Source of the DNA: Patescibacteria group bacterium
Lineage (GTDB): Bacteria > Patescibacteriota > Patescibacteriia > JAXHNJ01
Length of the DNA: 64,000 bases
Direction: 5' to 3'
Assembly (NCBI GenBank): GCA_034520665.1
Contig: JAXHNJ010000003.1
Coordinates: forward strand, 11,057 to 75,056
Shown here: piece by piece, positions 55,107 through 64,000 of the stretch
Numbering within the stretch: position 1 is the first letter of the stretch
How the letters are laid out: every line of letters begins with the position of its first letter
Program-made: the position numbers and the translations under genes
Notes under the pieces: model-generated
Told to the model about the DNA's origin: nothing
Databases searched by the model: none
Seen by the model: only the letters and a program-made list of their open reading frames with translations

Positions 55107-56047
55107 AAATTTTGTTTAAAATTATTTTTATATCTTTTGGCTAAAGTTTTTTTACTAAATTTATGGGTCTGGGTGCCGTATTTTTCCACGGTGTAAACAC
55201 TGACCAAGCCAGCCAAGCGACCGACTTTTTCTAAGGGATAACCCTCTAATAATCCCTTGATTAGTCCGGCTCGGAAAGCATCACCAGCCCCGGTGGGATC
55301 AGAAGTATTTTTGGGCCGAGCAATCGGTATTTTTATCTTTTCTTTTTTAGTTTCAAATAATGACCCTTTTGGCCCAAGAGTAGTCACCAATAAATTTATT
55401 TTATCAAGAATTTTCTTTTTTGTCAGGCCGGTTTTTTTGAGCATTAATGACATTTCATAATCATTGGCAATAATTACCTGACTGCCTAAAATCCCCGGTT
55501 TTAATTCTTTTTTACTTAAATTAGTAATCTGCTGGCCAAAGTCAAAAACATAAGGCAAATTTATTGACTGAGCCATTTGGCAAGCCTTAATCATATCCTC
55601 TTTATTACCCGGAGCGACAATTAAATACCGGCATTTTTTTAAAACTGATTTTTTGATTGAACAAGCATTTTTCATGGCTCCCGGATAAAAGGCAGTAATT
55701 TGGTTATCATCTTGATCAGTAATAATATAAGCCGAGGCCGTTACCTCATTTTTATATATTTTAATATTGGCCAGACTAATTTTATTTTTTTGATACCATT
55801 TTTTATATTTATTAAAATCAGAACCGGCCTGGGAGAAAATAACCGGCTCCAACCCCAGTAATTTTAAGTTATAAGCAATATTGCCGCTACAGCCGCCAAA
55901 GCCTTCTTGAAAAGTATCAGCACAAAAACTGACATTGAGCATATGAATCTTATCCGGCATAATATGGTCTTTAAACCGCCCCGGAAAATTCATAATGCGG
56001 TCGTAGGCTATTGAACCAGTGACGGCTATTTTTGTATTTTTGGTCAT
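55103..56047 (-). CDS. PfkB-family (adenosine-like) nucleoside kinase
   Basis: VTGSIAYDRIM.FPG.F, GGCSGNIAY, DPTGAGDAFRAG; overlaps the ahcY start; start placed at ATG 56047. Confidence 0.9.
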   Translation of the reverse strand: MTKNTKIAVTGSIAYDRIMNFPGRFKDHIMPDKIHMLNVSFCADTFQEGFGGCSGNIAYNLKLLGLEPVIFSQAGSDFNKYKKWYQKNKISLANIKIYKNEVTASAYIITDQDDNQITAFYPGAMKNACSIKKSVLKKCRYLIVAPGNKEDMIKACQMAQSINLPYVFDFGQQITNLSKKELKPGILGSQVIIANDYEMSLMLKKTGLTKKKILDKINLLVTTLGPKGSLFETKKEKIKIPIARPKNTSDPTGAGDAFRAGLIKGLLEGYPLEKVGRLAGLVSVYTVEKYGTQTHKFSKKTLAKRYKNNFKQNL

Positions 56048-56055
56048 AGTATTAA

Positions 56056-56202
56056 TAAATTCAAAGCACAAAGCTCAAAATTCAAAACAAATCCTAAATT
56101 ATAATATCTAAATTCAAAACTTTTGTAATATATAGGGTTTTGAATTTTAATTTTTAATTATTTGGTATTATTTTGTACTTTGAATTTTGAAATTTGAATT
56201 TA
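56056..56202. repeat. inverted pair of heptamer-periodic arrays (AAATTCA.. / ..TGAATTT)
   Basis: left arm 56056-56120 is imperfectly complementary to right arm 56137-56202, with a 16-nt spacer. Confidence 0.75.
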
Positions 56203-56232
56203 ACAAAACTAATTAACCAATCAACAAATTAA

Positions 56233-56703
56233 CTATTCCTCTAACTCATCCCCTTCGCTGCATCCCCAATCATAACCAATCTCAGGGTCATTAAACGGCG
56301 CTCGGTGTTCGTCCGGATTTTCATGGTTGTAGGTCCTGGTTATAGTATTAATTAAAACAGCCGGCTGATCACCTAAAGCAGTAAAGCCATGGTAAACCCC
56401 TTGAGGGATAAAAACTAGCCTCGGATTATCTTCACCAATTTCAAAGTCATTGATTTCGCCTTTGGTTGGCGAGCCTTCCCGGCCGTCATAAAGAGCTACC
56501 TTGGCCATCCCTTTAACCACACAAAAGTGGTCATTTTGCTTATCATGATAATGCCAGGCCTTGGCATAGCCGGGTTTGCAAGTGGTTAGATAAACCTGGC
56601 CGAACTTTTCAAAAAAAGGGTCATCGTTTCGCAAAATTTCCATGAGATAACCCCGGTCGTCTTTAATCTTTTTTAGTTTTTTGGTTTGTACGCCTTGAAT
56701 CAT
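56233..56703 (-). CDS. rfbC: dTDP-4-dehydrorhamnose 3,5-epimerase-like cupin
   Basis: DDRGYLMEI, KAWHYH..Q.D.F, FIPQGVYHGF. Confidence 0.88.
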   Translation of the reverse strand: MIQGVQTKKLKKIKDDRGYLMEILRNDDPFFEKFGQVYLTTCKPGYAKAWHYHDKQNDHFCVVKGMAKVALYDGREGSPTKGEINDFEIGEDNPRLVFIPQGVYHGFTALGDQPAVLINTITRTYNHENPDEHRAPFNDPEIGYDWGCSEGDELEE

Positions 56704-56834
56704 ATATTTATAATTAATTACTATTAAAATAATATTTTATTTATTTATTTATTATAACACCAAATTTATTAATTTACAAAAGTGTCATTTTCTGTTATAG
56801 TTTCAGATGAAATCATAAAAAAATTACCGCTCAA

Positions 56835-57791
56835 ATGTCAAAAATATTAATGACTGGCGGAGCTGGATTCATCGGCTCTAATGTCAGTAAAAAACTTTTA
56901 AAAAGAGGTAATCAAATTGTCTGTGTTGATGATTTTAATGATTATTATAACCCAAAATTAAAAGAAGACCGAATAAAAATATTTCTTAAAGATTATAAAT
57001 TTCCGGTATACCGAGTGGATATCAGAAATTATACCAGTTTAAAAGAAATTTTTGAAAAAGAAAATATTGACAAAATTTGCCATTTGGCGGCCCGGGCCGG
57101 GGTCCGAGCTTCTATTGAAGATCCTTTTATCTATCAAGAAACTAATATTAAAGGTACTTTAAATCTTTTAGAATTAGCTAAAGAATATAAAATAAAAGAT
57201 TTTATTTACGCTTCTTCTTCTTCAGTTTACGGCGGTAATACTAAAATTCCTTTTGCTGAAAAAGACTCAGTTGACGCCCCTATTTCCCTTTACGCCGCCA
57301 GTAAAAAAGCTGATGAGTTGATGGCTCATGTCTATCATAATCTCTATAATTTAAATTGCACTGGTCTCCGCTTTTTCACGGTTTATGGGCCTTGGGGTCG
57401 GCCGGATATGGCCCCGATAAAATTTGCGAAATTAATTTCTAATGATAAACCAATCGATGTTTACAATTATGGCAAGCACGAAAGAGATTTTACCTATATT
57501 GACGATATAGTTCAGGGAACTGTCGCGGCCCTTGACCACCCTTTCCCTTACGAAGTTATAAATCTTGGTAACTCAAATACTGTTAAGCTTGAATATTTTA
57601 TTTCCTTACTCGAAAAAGAGCTCGGCAAAAAAGCCCAAAAAAATATGCTTTCAAAGCAACCCGGCGATATGGAAATAACTAACGCCGATATCACAAAAGC
57701 AAAATCACTTTTAGAATTCGAGCCAAAAACAAATATTGAAGAAGGTATAAAAAAATTCATAAATTGGTTCAAGGAATACTATGGAAAATAA
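56835..57791 (+). CDS. NAD-dependent UDP-glucuronate 4-epimerase-like SDR
   Basis: TGGAGFIG, HLAARAGVR.S, YAASKK, RFFTVYGPWGRPDMA. Confidence 0.92.
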   Translation: MSKILMTGGAGFIGSNVSKKLLKRGNQIVCVDDFNDYYNPKLKEDRIKIFLKDYKFPVYRVDIRNYTSLKEIFEKENIDKICHLAARAGVRASIEDPFIYQETNIKGTLNLLELAKEYKIKDFIYASSSSVYGGNTKIPFAEKDSVDAPISLYAASKKADELMAHVYHNLYNLNCTGLRFFTVYGPWGRPDMAPIKFAKLISNDKPIDVYNYGKHERDFTYIDDIVQGTVAALDHPFPYEVINLGNSNTVKLEYFISLLEKELGKKAQKNMLSKQPGDMEITNADITKAKSLLEFEPKTNIEEGIKKFINWFKEYYGK

Positions 57792-58716
57792 TATAAAATA
57801 TTCAGTAGTGGTGCCTGTTTACAACGAAGAGGATAATGTTCAGCCTCTTTTTCAGGAAATCAAAGAGGTTATGCTTAAATTGAATGAGCCTTTTGAAATT
57901 ATTTTTGTTAATGACGGCTCTTCTGACTCTACTCATCAAAAATTAAAAACCCTTTCCCCTATAAAAATTATTGCTTTCCGGAGAAACTTTGGGCAAACCT
58001 CTGCTTTAGACGCCGGTATTAAACACAGCCAGGGAGATTTTATTATTACTTTGGATGGCGACGGACAAAACCCGCCGGCCGAAATTCCTAAACTGATTGA
58101 AAAAATAAAACAAGGTTATGATGTAGTTTCTGGCTGGCGTTATAATCGTAAAGATAATCTTTCCAAAAGAATTATTTCAAGAGGAGCTGATTTTTTAAGA
58201 AAGCTATTTGTTAAAGATAAAATACACGATTCCGGCTGTACTCTAAAAATTTATAAAAAGAAATGCTTTAAAGATATACAACTAATGGGCGAAACTCATC
58301 GTTTTATTCCGGCTATGCTCCGCTGGCAGGGTTTTAAATTAGGGGAAATTAAGGTAGAGCACCTTCCTAGAAAAAGAGGTTATACTAAATATACCTGGAA
58401 AAGAGTTTTAAAAGGTTTTATTGATATGCTTTCTGTCTGGTTTTACCGCAAATACACAGGCCGGCCGCTTCATCTTTTTGGCGGACTAGGAATTATTATC
58501 GGCGGAGGGGGTTTTATGATGGGTCTCTATCTAGCTATCGCCCGCTACTTTTTTGGCTATTCTTTGCAAAACCGCATCTGGCCCTTAGTTTCAATTTTTA
58601 TGGTTTTGGTTGGTATTCAGCTTTTTATTTCCGGTCTTTTAGCTGATATTTCGGTTAAAAATCATTATCAAGGTAAAAAAAATATTTATAACATCAAAGA
58701 AATTATTGAAAATTAA
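57781..58716 (+). CDS. GT2 polyprenol-phosphate glycosyltransferase (ArnC/GtrB-like)
   Basis: SVVVPVYNEE, VNDGSSD, RNFGQ, LDGDGQN, two C-terminal TM segments. Confidence 0.92.
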   Translation: MENNIKYSVVVPVYNEEDNVQPLFQEIKEVMLKLNEPFEIIFVNDGSSDSTHQKLKTLSPIKIIAFRRNFGQTSALDAGIKHSQGDFIITLDGDGQNPPAEIPKLIEKIKQGYDVVSGWRYNRKDNLSKRIISRGADFLRKLFVKDKIHDSGCTLKIYKKKCFKDIQLMGETHRFIPAMLRWQGFKLGEIKVEHLPRKRGYTKYTWKRVLKGFIDMLSVWFYRKYTGRPLHLFGGLGIIIGGGGFMMGLYLAIARYFFGYSLQNRIWPLVSIFMVLVGIQLFISGLLADISVKNHYQGKKNIYNIKEIIEN

Positions 58717-58721
58717 TATTT

Positions 58722-58937
58722 ATGTCTGACAAATCTTATCGTAGCATAATGAAAGCCACTAGTTGGCGGATTATCGCTAGCCTAACTACAGTTTCTTTAG
58801 TCTATTTTTTTACTGGTAAATTAACTTTATCCTTGGAAATCGGTGGTCTAGAAATAATTTTCAAAATACTTTTTTATTACTTTCATGAAAGAATATGGAA
58901 TAAATCAAAGTGGGGTACCAAAAATAATAATAAATAA
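58722..58937 (+). CDS. small membrane protein (DUF2061-like)
   Basis: RSIMKATSWRII..YYFHERIW..WG; precedes cysD. Confidence 0.8.
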   Translation: MSDKSYRSIMKATSWRIIASLTTVSLVYFFTGKLTLSLEIGGLEIIFKILFYYFHERIWNKSKWGTKNNNK

Positions 58938-58942
58938 AATTT

Positions 58943-59848
58943 ATGGAAAAATACGAAATTAATTATCTTAGACAATTAGAAAGCGAGGCAATACATATTA
59001 TTCGAGAAGTAGTGGCAAATTTTAAAAATCCGGTTATGCTTTACTCTATCGGCAAAGATTCCTCTTGCCTGTTAAGATTAGCTCAAAAAGCTTTTTACCC
59101 CGGAAAAATTCCTTTTCCTCTGATGCAAATTGATACTGGTTATATATTTAAAGAAATGTATGAATTCAGAGAAAAAATTAATAAAAATAACAATTTAAAA
59201 ATAATAGTTTATAAAAATGAGGATCCAGTAGCTTTATCCATGAAGGCTAATCAAGCTCACAGTGAAGAATACATCTATCATAAAAAAACCAAGCCATTAC
59301 TGGAATCTATTAAAAAATATGAGTTTGACGCGGCTATTGGCGGATCCAGAAGAGAAGAAGAAAAATCCCGAGCTAAAGAAAGAATTTTTTCTCCACGAAC
59401 CAAAGAAGGTGTTTGGAATCCCAAAGATCAAAGACCTGAGTTATGGCATCTTTATAATACCCGAATAAAAGAAAAGGAATCCATGAGAATTTTCCCTCTT
59501 TCGGATTGGACCGAAATAGATATTTGGCGTTATATTAAGCTGGAAAAAATTGAAGTAGTGCCGCTTTATTTTGCTAAAAAAAGAAAGGTAATTAAAAGAA
59601 AAAATATTTATTTGCGTCTTGATGAATATGTTTCTCCCAAAAAAAACGAGGAAGTACTTGAAATAAATTGTCGTTATCGAACACTTGGTTGTTCGCCTTC
59701 TACTGGAGCTGTTCCTTCCACGGCCACTACAGTTGATGAAATTATTGAAGAGCTCATAGAAGCCAAGGATTCTGAAAGACAAAATAGAGCCATTGACCAA
59801 AATTCAGACAGTGCTATGGAAGATAAAAAAAAGGAGGGTTATTTTTAA
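58943..59848 (+). CDS. cysD: sulfate adenylyltransferase subunit 2
   Basis: LESEAIHIIREV, YSIGKDS, RREEEKSRAKERIFS, RTLGC, MEDKKKEGYF. Confidence 0.96.
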   Translation: MEKYEINYLRQLESEAIHIIREVVANFKNPVMLYSIGKDSSCLLRLAQKAFYPGKIPFPLMQIDTGYIFKEMYEFREKINKNNNLKIIVYKNEDPVALSMKANQAHSEEYIYHKKTKPLLESIKKYEFDAAIGGSRREEEKSRAKERIFSPRTKEGVWNPKDQRPELWHLYNTRIKEKESMRIFPLSDWTEIDIWRYIKLEKIEVVPLYFAKKRKVIKRKNIYLRLDEYVSPKKNEEVLEINCRYRTLGCSPSTGAVPSTATTVDEIIEELIEAKDSERQNRAIDQNSDSAMEDKKKEGYF

Positions 59849-61660
59849 ATGAAAAATATAAATAATAACGAAAATATTGAATTAGTTAATTTAGTGGCTG
59901 CTGGCAGTGTTGACGACGGCAAATCCACTCTTATCGGCCGGCTGATGTATGATTCCAAAGTAATCTCTGCTGACCAACTTAGAACCGTTAAAATAACCAG
60001 TAAAAAAAGAGGTTTTGAGGGTATTGATTTTTCTCTTTTCACTGACGGGCTTTCGGCTGAACGCGAGCAAGGTATTACTATAGATGTAGCTTACCGCTAT
60101 TTTGGCACCAAAAAAAGAAGATTTGTTATTGCTGATGTGCCCGGACACGAACAGTATACCCGTAATATGGTTACCGGGGCTTCAAAAGCTAACCTGGCCC
60201 TTTTAATTGCCGACGCCAGAAAGGGTCTTTTAATCCAGTCAAAAAGACATTTATTTATAGCTTCTCTCTTGGGCATTCCTCATATTGCTATTATAGTCAA
60301 TAAAATGGATTTGATGAATTATCAGGAAAAAACTTATGATAAAATAAAAGACGATTTTACTAATTTTGCCGCTAAAATGAATATTTCTGATTTACAATTT
60401 ATTCCCGTTTCCTCACTCAAAGGAGATATGGTCGTTAATCGCAGAGATAATATGCCCTGGTATAACGGGCCAACCGTTTTATCCTATCTTGAGAATTTAG
60501 AAATTTCCTCTGATCGAAATATGATTGATTTCCGCTTTCCTATTCAATATGTTATTCGTCCTCACCAAAATTTCCGAGGCTTGGCCGGAAAAATAGAAGG
60601 CGGTACTATTAAGCCTGGTCAGAAGGTAAAAGTTTTGCCTTCTGGAAAAGAAACCAAAATAGATAAATTAATTTGTCATCAAAAAAGTCAAAAACTTTGT
60701 TATAACCCCCAGTCAATAGTCATTAAATTGAAGGATGAAGTAGACGCCAGCCGCGGTGATATGATTGTAAAGTCAAAAAATATTCCTGAAATTTCAAAAA
60801 GTTTTAACGCCATGGTTTGCTGGTTTTCTGATACTCCTCTTGATCAAGACAAAACCTATCTTTTAAAGCACCTTGCTAAAACTACTCGCTGTTCCTTAAA
60901 AAAACTGCAGTATATTATAAACATAGATAATCTTCACCGAAAAAAAGCTAATAAATTAAAAATAAATGAAATTGGCAAAATAAATATTACCACTAATGAG
61001 CCGATTTTGTTTGATCCATACCCTAAAAATAGAAACACCGGTTGTTTTATTATTATTGACCAGTTAACTAACAATACCATTGCCGCCGGAGTAATTATTG
61101 ACCGAGCTAAGGAAAAAAAGAAAGCCAGTAAGTCTCTTAAAAAAGGAGCTGTGCTTTGGTTTACCGGCCTGTCCGGCTCGGGTAAAAGTACAGTAGCCAA
61201 TAAGGTCTATGAAATTCTTAGTAAAAAAGGGATTGATTGCCAGAGACTGGACGGCGATATTATGCGCCAGTCTTTATCCAAAGACCTTGGTTTCAGCAAA
61301 AAAGACCGAGAAACTAATATTGAAAGAGCTGGCTTTGTAGCTGAAATATTGGCTAAACACGAGGTAATGGTTTTAACTGCCTTTATTTCGCCCTATAAAA
61401 AACAAAGAGCTGAATTAAGAAAAAAAATTGATAATTTTGTGGAAATTTTTGTTGAGGCTCCCCTCTCTCTTTGTGAAAAAAGAGATGTTAAAGGCCTTTA
61501 TAAAAAGGCTAAAAAAGGAGAAATTAAGCACTTCACTGGCATCAGCCACCCTTATGAAAAACCCCAAAATCCACAAGTAACTCTTCATACAAAAAAAGAA
61601 TCTCTGAATACTTCGGCTAATAAAGTTATTACTTATTTAAGAAAAAATAATTATATATAA
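59849..61660 (+). CDS. cysNC: bifunctional sulfate adenylyltransferase subunit 1 / APS kinase (CysNC/NodQ)
   Basis: GSVDDGKSTLIG, EREQGITIDVAYRYF, NKMD; C-terminal WFTGLSGSGKST, LDGD, RDVKGLY. Confidence 0.96.
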   Translation: MKNINNNENIELVNLVAAGSVDDGKSTLIGRLMYDSKVISADQLRTVKITSKKRGFEGIDFSLFTDGLSAEREQGITIDVAYRYFGTKKRRFVIADVPGHEQYTRNMVTGASKANLALLIADARKGLLIQSKRHLFIASLLGIPHIAIIVNKMDLMNYQEKTYDKIKDDFTNFAAKMNISDLQFIPVSSLKGDMVVNRRDNMPWYNGPTVLSYLENLEISSDRNMIDFRFPIQYVIRPHQNFRGLAGKIEGGTIKPGQKVKVLPSGKETKIDKLICHQKSQKLCYNPQSIVIKLKDEVDASRGDMIVKSKNIPEISKSFNAMVCWFSDTPLDQDKTYLLKHLAKTTRCSLKKLQYIINIDNLHRKKANKLKINEIGKINITTNEPILFDPYPKNRNTGCFIIIDQLTNNTIAAGVIIDRAKEKKKASKSLKKGAVLWFTGLSGSGKSTVANKVYEILSKKGIDCQRLDGDIMRQSLSKDLGFSKKDRETNIERAGFVAEILAKHEVMVLTAFISPYKKQRAELRKKIDNFVEIFVEAPLSLCEKRDVKGLYKKAKKGEIKHFTGISHPYEKPQNPQVTLHTKKESLNTSANKVITYLRKNNYI

Positions 61661-61661
61661 C

Positions 61662-62453
61662 TTGGAAGAAATAAATTTATTAAAAAAGGCGGTCAAAAAA
61701 GCCGGTCGGGTAGCCTTAAATTATTACCACAGCAAAAATATTATCCATGAGGACGGCTACACTCCCCTAACCAAGGCTGATTTTGCCTCAGAAAAAGTTT
61801 TAATCAGCGAATTAAAAAAAACGCCTTATAAAATACTTTCCGAACACCAGGATAATAAAGAAAGATTAAAAGAAAATAAAATCTGGATTATTGATCCTTT
61901 AGACGGCACCAAAGACTTTATTCAGAAAACCGGTGAGTTTTCTATTATGGCCGCTTTAACCCAAAATAACAAGCCGATCATAGGCGCTATCTACCAGCCA
62001 GTGACAAAAAAATTATATTACGCCCAAAAAGATAAAGGCGCCTTTCTAAAGCAAGGTAGAAATAAACCGATTAAATTATCAGTTTCAAATAATACTGACT
62101 TTACCGATATGTCTCTACTAGTCAGTCGTAATCATTTATTGCCCGGTGAAATAAAGCTTTGTGAAAATTTAAAAATCGGTAAAAAAATACCCTACGGCAG
62201 TGCCGGCCTAAAAGCGGCTCTTATCTGCGAGCAAAAAGCTGACATTTATCTTAATAGCAGTGACCAAACCGGCGAATGGGATATCGGCGCCGCTGAAATT
62301 ATTTTTAAAGAAGCCGGCGGTAAGATTACCGATATGTTGGGGCATGACTTAAAATACAATAAAAAGAAACCAATTAATAAACAGGGATTTGTTCTATCTC
62401 ATAAATTAGTTCATAAAAAAATAATCTCTGAACTTAAAAAAATTAATGAGTAA
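61662..62453 (+). CDS. cysQ: 3'(2'),5'-bisphosphate (PAP) nucleotidase
   Basis: PLTKAD, WIIDPLDGTKDF, GSAGLK, EWDIGAA; TTG start. Confidence 0.9.
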   Translation: MEEINLLKKAVKKAGRVALNYYHSKNIIHEDGYTPLTKADFASEKVLISELKKTPYKILSEHQDNKERLKENKIWIIDPLDGTKDFIQKTGEFSIMAALTQNNKPIIGAIYQPVTKKLYYAQKDKGAFLKQGRNKPIKLSVSNNTDFTDMSLLVSRNHLLPGEIKLCENLKIGKKIPYGSAGLKAALICEQKADIYLNSSDQTGEWDIGAAEIIFKEAGGKITDMLGHDLKYNKKKPINKQGFVLSHKLVHKKIISELKKINE

Positions 62454-63537
62454 GCCGTCAAAAAAAATATTAATACTTAATTATGAATTTCCTCCTTTGG
62501 GCGGTGGGGCTTCTCCGGTTTCGTATGAGATAGCCAAAGGTTATGTTCAGAGAGAGCATAAAGTGGATGTTGTGACTATGAGTTATAAAGACCTGCCTTC
62601 TTATGAAAATAAAGATGGAATTAATATCTATAGAGTTCCTTGTTTAAGAAGTAAAAAGGAAATTTGTCATCCTTGGGAACAATTAATATATATTATTTCA
62701 GCAAAAAGATTTCTAAGAAAACATCTTAAGAATAACTCTTATGATATTAATCACACTCATTTTATTATTCCTACAGGAATTATTGCAAAATGGTTGAAGA
62801 AGAAATTTGGAATACCTTATATTATTACAAGTCATGGGAGTGATGTTTTGGGTTACAACAATAAAAGAAGTTTCAAGTATATTTATCCCTTAGTTAAAAA
62901 ACAATGGAAAGAAATTGTTAAGGAAGCCAAAGCTGTTGTTTGTCCATCTAATTTCTTGAAAAATAAAATTCTGAACATTACAACACAAGGAAACTTAAAA
63001 GTCATTCCTAATGGAATTGATAAGAACAAATTTAAACCAATGAAAAAAGAAAAAAGAATTTTAATTGTTACAAGACTTTTTGAAAATAAAGGAGTTCAGG
63101 ATGTTTTGGATGCATTAAAAGGATTAAATTTGAAAGGTTGGAAAGTAGATATTGTAGGTGAAGGACCATATAGAAATTTCTTAGAAAAAAAAGCAAAAGA
63201 AAACAACTTAAAAGATATAGTAAAATTTCATGGTTGGGTAGAAAATAATTCTAAAGAAATGAAAAATCTTTATGGACATGCAAGTATTTTTATAAGTGCT
63301 AGTTGGTTTGAAAGTTTTGGATTAACTGTTTTAGAAGCAATTCAAGCTGGATGCTATCCTCTAGTTTCAGATATTGGAGGTCACAGAGAAATATTAAAAA
63401 ATAAAAAATATTTTCTTAATAAAGATTTAAAGATAAAAATTGAAAAATTAATAAACCAAAAAATTAATCCTCCAAAGTTTAACCAAAATTATAATTGGAA
63501 GAATGTAATTAAAAAATATGAGGAGATTTTGAGATGA
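62446..63537 (+). CDS. GT4 family glycosyltransferase
   Basis: NYEFPPLGGG, HGSDV, ESFGLTVLEA. Confidence 0.93.
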   Translation: MSKPSKKILILNYEFPPLGGGASPVSYEIAKGYVQREHKVDVVTMSYKDLPSYENKDGINIYRVPCLRSKKEICHPWEQLIYIISAKRFLRKHLKNNSYDINHTHFIIPTGIIAKWLKKKFGIPYIITSHGSDVLGYNNKRSFKYIYPLVKKQWKEIVKEAKAVVCPSNFLKNKILNITTQGNLKVIPNGIDKNKFKPMKKEKRILIVTRLFENKGVQDVLDALKGLNLKGWKVDIVGEGPYRNFLEKKAKENNLKDIVKFHGWVENNSKEMKNLYGHASIFISASWFESFGLTVLEAIQAGCYPLVSDIGGHREILKNKKYFLNKDLKIKIEKLINQKINPPKFNQNYNWKNVIKKYEEILR

Positions 63538-64000
63538 AAGATAAAATCAAGGTTATTTATATTTCCGGAATTGGTCGAAGCGGTTCTACTCTCTTAGATT
63601 TATTAATTTCCACAAATGATAGTGTATTTAGTGTTGGAGAAATTTATAAATATAATGAATTAAAGAAGAGAAATATAGAATGTAGTTGTGGAAATAAGTT
63701 TAACAAATGTATTTTTTGGAAAAATTTTGTTAATAATAAAACAAAAATTATAAATCGCATGAATCTTAAAGATTATCTAAAGATGATAAATTTTTTGTTG
63801 AATCCTCTTTCAAAAAAAATAAACTTCAAGGATAAATCTCAAGATTATGATCTATTTACAAAAATAAAAAAAGAAAATCCAAATGTCGAGTACATCCTCG
63901 ACTCATCCAAGGATATTGCAAGATTAATTGAACTTGACTCTGACCCGCGAATTGAGATATATAATATTTCTATAATTAGAGATGGAAGAGCAGTTGCAAA
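63534..64000 (+). CDS. sulfotransferase family protein (runs off the window end)
   Basis: ATGA overlap with the GT4 gene; YISGIGRSGSTLL (5'-PSB loop), VGE, CSCG, LDSSK, IIRDGRAV (3'-PB motif). Confidence 0.88.
   Translation, partial: MKDKIKVIYISGIGRSGSTLLDLLISTNDSVFSVGEIYKYNELKKRNIECSCGNKFNKCIFWKNFVNNKTKIINRMNLKDYLKMINFLLNPLSKKINFKDKSQDYDLFTKIKKENPNVEYILDSSKDIARLIELDSDPRIEIYNISIIRDGRAVA

Noticed and set aside
53370-56230. SAH or SAM riboswitch near ahcY
   Set aside because: No recognisable consensus upstream of the kinase-ahcY pair; the structured stretches there match dispersed repeats.
232-61200. Numerous short antisense or alternate-frame ORFs in the track overlapping well-supported genes (e.g. 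2056-2424, 23922-24317, 40475-40879, 59441-59800)
   Set aside because: Shadow ORFs opposite or within conserved genes, with no motifs or start signals.
1-64000. tRNA, rRNA, tmRNA genes or stop-codon reassignment
   Set aside because: No T-arm/cloverleaf or rRNA signatures were noticed by eye (a tRNAscan/Infernal run would settle this), and TGA ends conserved genes such as cysS, ftsW and mraY at their expected C-termini.

Overview
Low-GC bacterial chromosome segment read with genetic code 11 (TGA is used as stop). Its gene content points to a Patescibacteria/CPR (Parcubacteria-type) genome; this is inference from a sigma70-r4/HTH protein, a TraD/HerA-like ATPase with its membrane partner, a Gmad2 protein, a PEGA protein, an archaeal-like TrmB regulator and scarce Shine-Dalgarno sites. 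Housekeeping genes include cysS, a two-component module, secDF, secA, a split dcw cluster (mraY, murD, ftsW, murG, murC, murB), murA, a type IV pilus operon, iscS, rpmA, rplI, pyrG, dTDP-rhamnose genes interleaved with ahcY and an adenosine kinase, and a glycan-sulfation cluster (cysD, cysNC, cysQ, sulfotransferase). The most unusual signal is a REP/RAYT system. A 5'-truncated REP-associated tyrosine transposase gene carries an inverted REP doublet translated in frame inside its coding sequence. A decayed paralog at 25.4 kb carries a different doublet at the same site. Copies of these gene-internal segments, together with several other palindrome families, are piled into mosaic intergenic arrays at about 25.4-25.9, 41.3-42.9, 51.8-52.3 and 53.4-53.8 kb. 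Also notable: an unannotated 40-aa protamine-like ORF with a strong SD, a SecD with an inserted circularly permuted parvulin domain, a structured leader upstream of an FG-GAP/L,D-transpeptidase, and a G-free octamer-repeat leader on rpmA. No rRNA, tRNA or CRISPR array was recognised by eye. All family assignments come from motif recognition, not database searches.
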